Below, one piece after another: positions 53,640-64,000 of a stretch of 64,000 nt of DNA; the stretch's first letter is position 1; each line of letters opens with the position of its first letter. The position numbers were made by a program, and so were the translations under genes. A model generated the notes under the pieces. The model was not told the origin of the DNA. It made no database searches and was given only the letters and a program-made list of their open reading frames with translations. Origin of the DNA: Chrysomallon squamiferum (Eukaryota > Animalia > Mollusca); NCBI GenBank assembly GCA_012295275.1, contig CM022677.1, positions 2,914,001 to 2,978,000 on the forward strand. Direction: 5' to 3'.

Positions 53640-54405
53640 TTTAAAACTAGATTGAAGTGAAAGTTGAGTTTTAAAACTAGATTGAAGTGAAAGGTGAGTT
53701 TTAAAACTAGATAGTAGTGAAAGGTGTGTTTTAAAACTATATAGTAGTGAAAGGTGAGTTTTAAAACTATATAGTAGTGAAAGGTGAGTTTTAAAACTAG
53801 ATTGTAGTGAAAGGTGTGTTTTAAAACTATATAGTAGTGAAAGGTGAGTTTTAAAACTAGATTGTAGTGAAAGGTGAGTTTTAAAACTAGATTGTAGTGA
53901 AAGGTGAGTTTTAAAACTAGATTGTAAAGTAAAAACTAGGTGAGTTTTAAAACTAGATTGTAGTGAAAGGTGAGTTTTAAAACTAGATTGTAGTGAAAGG
54001 TGAGTTTTAAAACTAGATTGTAGTGAAAGGTGAGTTTTAAAACTAGATTGTAGTGAAAGGTGAGTTTTAAAACTAGATTGTAGTGAAAGGTGAGTTTTAA
54101 AATTAGATTGTAGTGAAAGGTGAGTTTTAAAACTATATAGTAGTGAAAGGTGAGTTTTAAAACTAGATTGTAGTGAAAGGTGTGTTTTAAAACTATATAG
54201 TAGTGAAAGGTGAGTTTTAAAACTAGATTGTAGTGAAAAAGGTGAGTTTTAAAACTAGATTGTAGTGAAAGGTGAGTTTTAAAACTAGAACTAGAAAGGT
54301 GAGTTTTAAAACTAGATTGTAAAAGGTGAGTTTTAAAACTAGATTGTAGTGAAAGAGTGAGTTTTTTAACTAGATTGTAGTGAAAGGTGAAAGGTGAAAA
54401 AACTA
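53640..54405. repeat. 30-bp minisatellite, copy B (longer array)
   Basis: Same unit as 14233-14655. Confidence 0.95.
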
Positions 54406-54465
54406 GACTGTCAGGCACTGTGATGTTTGGTAAAAGTTTTGATGTTTGGTAATAGTTTCTACAAG

Positions 54466-54720
54466 ATGTGATTATCTTCTGTATGGGATTATCTTCTGTA
54501 TGTGATTATCTTCTGTATGGGATTATCTTTTGTATGTGATTATTTTCTGTATGTGATTATCTTCTGTATGTGATTATCTTCTGTATGGGATTATCTTCTG
54601 TATGTGATTATCTTCTGTATGTGATTATCTTCTGTATGTGATTATCTTCTGTATGTGATTATCTTCTGTATGTTATTATCTTCTGTATGGGATTATCTTC
54701 TGTATGGGATTATCTTCTGC
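54466..54720. repeat. 17-bp minisatellite (gattatcttctgtatgt/gg); shorter array at ~14920-15000
   Basis: Repeated units visible directly. Confidence 0.9.
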
Positions 54721-55851
54721 ATGTGGCATCTGAAGTTGGCTGTCGAATGTGATCATATTAAAGTCTTTTTCCATAATCTGTGAAAACTGTAATTACTTTT
54801 CATTCATTTACTGAATGCTTGGTTTATGGAATTTAGTAAATTGGTATCTTACCTGTTGACCAAATTATATTAAAGAGATCAAGTATTATTACTAATTAAC
54901 TTGTACCTTAACTTGTGTTCTGTTTATTTGTCTAGTGGATAGACAGACTTATTGAGTTATATAGATTGCTGTCAGTTTAGTTTATATTCCCTGTTTGATG
55001 GCCATTAAGGCACCTTGTTACCCTAGACTGAGCCTTAATAAAACATACAAGATGTTTAAAGGTGTGACAGCTTATTAACTGAGCTTATTAACTTTTACAA
55101 CTGAAACAATTAATTTATTATCTTAGTTAACTAAATAACATGATTAACCTTATTAACTGAGTTAATTAACTTACAACTGAAACAATGAATTTATTATCTT
55201 TGTCAGTTAACTAAATAACATGATTAATCTTATTAACTGAGTTAATTAACTCGAGTAACAAGAAAACTAATTAACTGAGATATTTATATTCCCATTAAGT
55301 TATTAACTAAGATAATTATAAATCTGAATGGGTTTTTGTTAACATAGGATTTAACTCAACAGCAGTCATAATTAAAATATTAACAGAAACCACAGATAGT
55401 TAATTAACAAGTTAATTCAGTGTTGAATGTCAAATTGCTCAGTGAGTGAAATGAGTGATTCACCGAGAAGATTGAAGTTTAAATATTAAGCCTTGGATTG
55501 TGGCATGATGCTGATAAGAGAGAGTAGAAACCATCTGACACTATGGTCTGTTTTTACTGATCAGCAGGAAGGGCTATTTTATGTGAACCTTCTCATAAAC
55601 TTCTCATTACTAAATCAGCTGTGGAACTCTGGGGTTTGGAAAATACGTTACCAGCTTTTACATGAGGAATTAACTTTATTTTTATTTTTATTTTTATTTT
55701 TATTGTTATTGTTATTATTACTATTATCATTATCGTTATCGTTATCGTTATCGTTATTGTTATTGTTATTGTTATTATTGTTATTTTTTATTTTTATTAT
55801 TTGATTTTATATAGTTTCAGATTTTCTGAATGTGTTGTTTTACTTTCACAG

Positions 55852-56852
55852 TGATGAAAAGAAGAAAACTGTAATAATCTCAGTTATAGGGGTTTGTTTC
55901 TGATCAGGTGTGTTGTGGCTGAATTTTGATATCACTGACACAAGAGAGCAAAGGTGAAGAGGAAGACTGAGGCAATCAGAGCTAAGATGTCTGGTCATGA
56001 AGAAACTGAGTTTCTTTCATCAGACTGATCTGATGTTAAACACACACACATATATACATCATAGATATTTTATTCACATTTCTGTGTGAGTAACTTTTTT
56101 TGTTTATATTATATATTTACCTAAACATACATCACATCACAACCAAATGAGTTTTTATGTACAAAATTATATAAGTTTGTTAGCCAGTGGTTCTGAATCT
56201 GATACAAATGCTTGATGCAGGATGGTACAGACACACTACTTCATCTACTGTTACTATCACAACTACTACTTATATTATTCCCTTTGCTATCATTACTGTT
56301 GCTATTACTGTTACTAGTACCATTACTATTATTACTACTAGTATTATTATTGTTAGTAGTATTACTTTCACTTTTATTATTATCATTTATTATCATTACT
56401 ATTATTACTGTCATTATTATTGTTATTATTATTATCATTACTGTTATTGTTTTTGTTTGTGTTGTTGTTGTTGTTGTTATTACTATTGTTATTTTTAACC
56501 AGGGATACTGGATACCAGAAGGAGAAAATGTCAAGATTCCAGTAGCTATTAAAGAGTTACAGGCTGGGGCTCCTAACCAGATCAAGGAGCTGTTGGAGGA
56601 GGCATGGGTGATGGTGTCAGTGAAGCATCCTTGCTGTGTCAGAATCCTTGCAGTGTGCATGACGGCACAGATGATGTTGATCACTCAGCTGATGTCACTT
56701 GGCTGTGTTCTCGTGAGAAAAAACAAAGACCTCATTGGATCTAAAGTCCTCCTCAACTGATGTACTCAGATAGCCAGTGTGAGTGTTGTCAAATATACAC
56801 CCATACACACACAACACACACACATACACAACACACAGATACACACAGACAC

Positions 56853-56902
<50 letters not shown>

Positions 56903-58433
56903 CACACACAGATACACACAGACACACACACACACACAAGACAGACACATATACACAACACACACATACACACACAACACACAGATACACACAGACACAC
57001 ACACATATACACAACAGACACACACATACACACAATACACACATATAACACACACAGATACACAATGCACACAAGCTCACAAGACACACACACAACACAC
57101 AATACACTTATATACACAACACAGAAAGACATGACACACACACTTAATCACACACATACACAGCACATATAAAATGTGTTGTTTTCAGGGAATGATTTAT
57201 TTAACGGAAAGGGGAGTTGTCCATAGAGATCTAGTGCTGTATGTGTGTGTGTGTATCTGTGTGTTGTGTATGTGTGTGTGTATCTGTGTGTTGTGTATGT
57301 GTGTGTGTTCTGTTTGTGTATGGGTGTATATTTGACAACACTGACACTAAAAATGTACTTGGTAAAGCATTCTTTGTCAATAAGTATTTTAATAAAGTTC
57401 TGTTTTCACATTTTCTTGTTTGTTTTTGTTTTGTTTTTGTTTTTTCAATTGTTTGCAGTTGTTTATTTTTGTTTTGTTTTTTAAATTGGTGTAATTTTCT
57501 AGATCCAATAGAAAGTAGTTTTTTGTTCTTCCTCTATTTAAAAAATATTTATTTTCCTTTCAAATGTTAATTGGAATCTTTGTTAGTCAGCTTTACAAAA
57601 CAATAAATAAATAAGTAAGTAAATGCATTTTCAAGATTTCAAATAACAGTACATATAACAATTTTATGCAATAATAATAAAATAATAATATGAATAGTAG
57701 TAGTAGTAGTAGTAATAACAACAATAATAATTATAATAGTAAGAATACTAGTAATAATAATAGTAGTAGTAGTAGTAATAATAATATTAATAATAACAGT
57801 AATAACAATAATAATAATAATAATAATAATCACTGAAATTGTGAATAAAATTTTGACATTATATTTATTTTATGTTTTTATCTTTGTACAGTACAAACCT
57901 TGAATCAGGTGAAGATCACAGATTTTGGATTAGCTAAACTTCTTGATTACAGTGAGGAAGAGTACTAAGCTGGTGGTGGAAAAGTGAGTGGAACAGTAGT
58001 AATTCACATTTCTTACTTCTGTTTTCTTATTAATAGGGAACTTACAAACTGAAAATCTGAATAGTTGAAATTCAGTTTTCTTATTAATAGGTAACTTACA
58101 AACAGAAACTTGGAACAGTCTTAATTCATTTTTTTTTCATTAACTGGGAACATTGACATGCTGAAATTTTAGAAAGATTAAATTTGAGATATTATGCTAT
58201 AAACTGGAAAATGTATGAAAAACTAGATTTTATTCTTTTTCACTGTTTCAGATGCCAATCAAGTGGTTAGCTCTGGACAGAATATTCACACACAAAACTG
58301 ATGTCTGGAGTTATGGTATAACCTTCTTTTTATCTTTTCTCTTTTTTTAATAATTTTAATGCAGAAATACATTTGAACACACACACATACACCAAACAGA
58401 TACACAACACACACAACACACACACAGATACAC

Positions 58434-58464
<31 letters not shown>

Positions 58465-59784
58465 CACACACACAACAATAAAGTATGAAAATTAATATTA
58501 CAGGTCATTAATGATATACTGAATCTTAATTTTTGTTGCTTTAATGTTTTCACTGATACAGAATGTAAACAAATTTGAAACTGATGGATGTGACTAATTT
58601 TTTAAAATAATTTTTAATTTTTTGTTGTTGTTGTTCAGGAGTTACTGTGTGGGAACTGTTTATGTTTGCTCAAACATGATACGACAACATCCACGAAGTT
58701 CTCCATTTCCTGGAGAGCGGAGAGTGACTGCCACAGTCTCCAGTCTGCTCCATCTACATCTACATCATCATCATCAAGTGTAAGTTCACTTGTAATAGAC
58801 ATCGTCATGTATTTGTGTGTGATTGTGTCAGAGTGTGTGTGTGTGAGAGAGAGTGTTTTTGTTTGTGTAAATGTGTATTTCTGTGAGTGTGAGAATGTGT
58901 ATATTTGTATGTATATTTGTATGTGTATTTGAGTGTGTGAGTGTTAGAATGTGTATTTGTGTGTGTGTTTGTGTATTTGTGTGAGTGTGTGTGATAGTGT
59001 GTGTATTTGTTTGTGTATTTGAGTGTATTTGTGAGAATGTGTGTGTTTTTGTATTTGTGTGATCATGTGTGTGAGAATGTATGTGTGAGTGTGTGTGTGT
59101 AAGTGTATTTGTGTGTGTGAGAATGTGAATATATTAGTGTGTATGTTTGTGTATTTGTGTGAGTGTGTGTGTGTGAGAGAGACAGTGTGTTTGTATTTGT
59201 GTCTGTATTTGTGTGTGTGAGAATGTGTGTATTTTTGTGTCTGTTTGTGTAAGTGTATGTATGTTTGTGAGAATATGTGTGTGTATTTGTGTAAGTGTGT
59301 ATGAGAGTGTGTATTTGTGTGAGAATGTGTGTGTGTATATTTGTGAGTGTGTGTGTGTGTGTGTATTTGTGTGTCTATTTGTGTAAGTGTGTATGAGAGT
59401 GTGTATTTGTGTGTGAGAATGTGTGTTTGTGTGTATATTTGTGTGTTTATTTGTGCGAGTGTGTGTGTGAGAGTGTGTGTGTATTTGTGTGTATGTATTT
59501 CTGTTTTGTGAGAATATGTATATTTGTGTTTGTGAGAGAGTGTGTGTATTTGTTTTTGTGTGTGTGTGAGAATGTGTATATGTGTGTTTGTTTATTTGTG
59601 TGTGTGTGTGTGTATTTGTGTTTGTTTGTGTGAGTGTGTGTGTGTGTGTGAGTATTTTGTGTATGAGAATGTGTGTATTTGTGTGTGTGAGAGTGTGTGT
59701 GTGTGTGTGTGTGTGTGTTTTGTGTGTGTATGAGAATGTATGTGTGTGTGTGTATTTGTATGTGTGTATGTGAGAATGTGTGTA

Positions 59785-59819
<35 letters not shown>

Positions 59820-61049
59820 AAGAGTTTGCCCAAATGTCTCGAGATTCTGGCCGATTCCTGGTCATTCCTGTAAGTCTTTTACTTAAACACATCCACCTTT
59901 CCTCCTCGTTTAGTGACAGTTCTAAAAACCATTTCTCACAGTTTGAAAACAATCACTGTGAAATTAGGTGTAGGTTGATAACAGGTTGAAGGAAAGTTTA
60001 TTCTTACTTTTAGAAATGTCAAAATTATTAAAATTGTGACTTGTTAGGCTTAATTTTGGTTGCATTAAATTATTATTATTGTTATTATTATGTGTTTTCT
60101 GCATCTTTATAAAAATAATTTTAAAATTAAAATTAGATAAAATTCCTGCATGATAGAATAACATAGACACAAATTTTCTTGTTGTCATGGAGATGAAACT
60201 TTTATTAATTAATTAATTTATTTGTTTTATTAACCTTCTTTTTTTCTTTCTTTTCATCTTTTTATGTTATTTATTTAGATTTTTTTTTTTTCAATAATTT
60301 TCTGTATTCTTTTATTTTTAAATATTTGGCTTGTTTTTCAATTTTATCTTATTTGCTTCTATTCACTGACTACTTTTTTGTATCTAGTCACTACTTTGTT
60401 CATTTACTACACAATTAAGTCTGCTACAACAGTCACTGTATTAGCAATTCAGTTGTTGTAAGTCCAAATTTGTAGTAACTGAAATTTTTCCAATATAGTA
60501 CAACCTCTGTAAAACAGACACTGTCTAAAAAAGACAACAACAAACCAACAAGAAAAGAAAGAGTTTACTAATAATGTTTATACGTCAGTTAACACTTTTT
60601 ACTTACATATTTATTCTTGTCCATTTTTTTCTCTTTAACTGAACTAAATTATCACTTGTGCTAAACAGCTCTTTGCTGATCTTCACAATAAACCATGTGA
60701 CTTTGAACCCACTGCATGGAATTTTCCACATTTGAATGTATGCAACAATTGCTTGTTCAGAAGCTTATAAAAAACACACTGAAGTATTTATTAATTATTA
60801 TTATCAGAGACAACACATTGTTATGGTTTGTGATCAGAAAACTTGACTAGTATCAAATGTTTATTTATAAGGAATATCAAGGAAGCTGGTCTCTGAAACA
60901 TTGGATTAGTGGTTAGCCCATACTGATAAATGTTTAGAATATACTGATCAGTATTTAGAAGATGGATAAGTGATTAGAAAAAATGGATCAGTGATAATCA
61001 CACATGGATTATTGGTTTCAGAAGGTGATTGACAGCTGGTTGGTTGCAG

Positions 61050-61138
<89 letters not shown>

Positions 61139-61752
61139 AAATTTCTTTCACATTATAAGACAATGAAAATGTTTTTAGGGGCAGAATAAAAAGCAATGGG
61201 AAATTAACAGTGTAAAATGAATATTCATTTCCAGTGCATATGTAAACATTCTTATATTTATTAAAAACTAACATCTAGTGTTTATCATTACTACCTAATA
61301 ACAAAATTTAATTTATAGTTCTACATTTTCACCAGCCATGCTTTTTTATTTATTTATTTCTGTTGTTGTTTATGATGGACTTTTTCTGTCAGTCTCTATA
61401 TTTTAATATTTCTCTTTTTTTATTTACATAATTATTAATAATTGATTTATATAAGTAATTAATTTAATGATATGATTTCTTTTGGTTTTGTTTTAGAAAG
61501 AAGTAAAAAAGAAATAAATATAAAATGATTTTAAGCTTCTTCACCAGTAAAAAACAAACAAATGCATCGTTCCATTTCTGTTTGCAGGGAGATGAGTTCC
61601 TGCGTCTGCCCAGACATACATATGACAAGACTGATTTGATTCGCAGTCTGAATGTTGCTGCTGATGGACCTGAGGTTGTTGTGGAAGCTGATGAAAGTTT
61701 ACAACTTCTACTTGAACCTGGAGACGAAGCAGCAGACAATTCACCTGCTGAT
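55852..61752 (+). pseudogene. EGFR: EGFR/ErbB unprocessed pseudogene fragment, copy B (more complete)
   Basis: Exons: 55852-~56010, 56503-56778, 57189-57361, 57892-57983, 58252-58315, 58639-58779, 59816-59869 (AEEFAQMSRDSGRFLVIP) and 61588-61752 (GDEFLRLP..VVEADE). Shares stops with copy A. Confidence 0.94.
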
Positions 61753-61817
61753 GTGAGAAAACAACTTTTAATGATAATTGTATCAATTAATGTGATTTAG
61801 ATTAGTTTTGTAGTAAG

Positions 61818-61919
<102 letters not shown>

Positions 61920-62916
61920 CATGGTGTCTACTGGTTATTCAGAAAGAAGGTAAGGTAAAGCAAATCAGATTTTGTACTTACACTCAAATTTCAGAATTTT
62001 ATATTTTATTGAAACAAAACCATGTTAAAATACTACATGATGAAAATCAGTAAGAAGTGATTTCAAGGAGAAAATAAATGAGGAATATGTAGAGATAAAA
62101 ATAAAATGAAAGTGTAATATAAAAAAATGGGTATATGTAGAGATAAAAATAAAATAAAAATCTAATGTAACAAAAATGGGGTATATGTAGAGATAAAAAT
62201 AAAAGTAGCTGATTTCAATTCAGGTTTAATGTGCAGTTTTAAAGCTGATTTTAAATATGCTAATGCAACATGCTAATTTAAATATGCTGACTAGAACTTC
62301 ACAGTTTTATACAAGGAAATTTCAACTTTAAAATATAAATACGCCAATGGAAAATGCTAATGTGAATGTGCCAGTTAAAAGATGCTTATTTAAATATGCT
62401 AATGTAAAAAATATTTTTATTCATTTAAATTCTGATATATATATAATCTAGAAATGATGAGCTTAAAATAATTCATAATTTGTAGAACATTCAGATCTTT
62501 GATTCATAGGGTGTAAAATAAAATCTACAGTGAACTCATGATATTTCAAATCACTGTTTGTCAGATATAGCTAGCTGCAAGTTTTTCAGATGGGAAACAT
62601 TTTTAACATGATTAATCAGGCTGCATCACAGTTTCAGCATTCCAAACTGATTTAAACTATGTGCTACTGTCTATTGCTACTTAATTATAAATGACTTACT
62701 TATTTAAAAAAAGAAGAGTTGTGTTTTATACCTGTGGAATTTTCCAGTTGTGTTTCATGATGAATTTAAGTTCTACAGGGCTAAATGAGAAAGAAACAAT
62801 TATTTCAAAATAAAACTCATGAAAAGTTCCTTCAGTAAAAACCATGTTCTGTTTTTGTTACCAGAAACTGGTGGCAGGAATATTTTCTTCTTTTTTTATT
62901 TATTTTTTATTTTATC

Positions 62917-62964
<48 letters not shown>

Positions 62965-62975
62965 TTTTTATTATG

Positions 62976-63017
<42 letters not shown>

Positions 63018-63659
63018 TAACCAACCAGTTTTAAGTTTTAAAACTGTGATGAGCAATCATGTCTACAATACACATGATCAGCAGTTCACAACAGTTTCAT
63101 TAATAAACAAACCTAAATTAACTTTCTACATTTTTACACACACCAAGAAAATCTCATCCTTAATAAAAGATAAATATGATATTAATTATATTAATAAAAT
63201 TTGTTTCAGTAAATTTCTTACAGAAATCCTCGAAGAGGGTTTGCAGAAATGTATGGCTATAGAACTAGTGTTTGGTTTCACTGTTTTACTATTTGCAAAC
63301 ACAATGGATGCATAATGATTATTCATAACTGTACAGATTTTTTTAAAGAAATTTTTAAAAGTGTTTTTCAGTTATCAAGTTAGAAACTAAACCATATAGA
63401 AATCTCTAAGACACATCATTTTGAATAATTTTAGATTGATGATAATATAAAGGACATTAATCCAGAAAACAATGTTATATAGGTAGAGAAATATTAGATT
63501 ATATCTAAATCAAAATAATATCAAAAAATTTACTACTTACAGTTTTCATCTAACTTAATGTAGTTTCATTTAGCTAAATGTAATGCTTTGTATACATATA
63601 TAAATAAGATAATCTCAATCTTTTAAAATAAATTGTCATCATCATCATCAATCATTATG

Positions 63660-63691
<32 letters not shown>

Positions 63692-64000
63692 GAATAATAA
63701 TTATATTAATACTAAGCTGATAATATTTTTAATCTACTACATAGAGGACATGGTTTTATTTAGATCTGTGTATTTGCCTACATTTAATAAACTGAGTTAC
63801 ACTAAATGTTTGTCATCTAGGCAAGATAACTGTACAGTGAAATCCTGTGTCTAAATAACTGTACAGTGAAATCCTGTGTCTAAATAACAGTATAGTGAAA
63901 TACTGTGTCTAAATAACTGTATAGTGAAATACTGTGTCTAAATAACTGTATAGTGAAATCCTGTGTCTAAATAACTGTATAGTGAAATACTGTGTCTAAA

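Overview
AT-rich, microsatellite-dense eukaryotic (animal, probably mollusc/lophotrochozoan) genomic DNA in which I recognise no intact host gene. The window is dominated by a diverged ~20 kb direct duplication (copy A ~1-22.9 kb, copy B 44,655-64,000, with a 200-N gap between them). Each copy carries a dead intron-containing EGFR/ErbB kinase fragment, an unidentified spliced pseudogene and a decayed Gypsy gag. Only copy A has a ~5.2 kb full-length but disabled non-LTR retrotransposon (I-group-like; minus strand; zinc-knuckle ORF1, APE-RT ORF2). This element has unusual architecture: ORF2 lacks an AUG and is in frame behind the ORF1 stop, there is no RNase H, and AATAAA+A25 is followed by a structured ~430 nt 3' module. 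The terminal hairpin of that module recurs as a separate 109-bp TSD-flanked insertion with a compensatory base-pair change. The unique middle region holds a decayed DDD-type DNA transposase, a second unidentified Cys-rich spliced pseudogene downstream of a promoter-like motif cluster, a 690-bp tandem duplication, a hAT-like end and many tandem repeats. All calls are by eye; no database searches were run.
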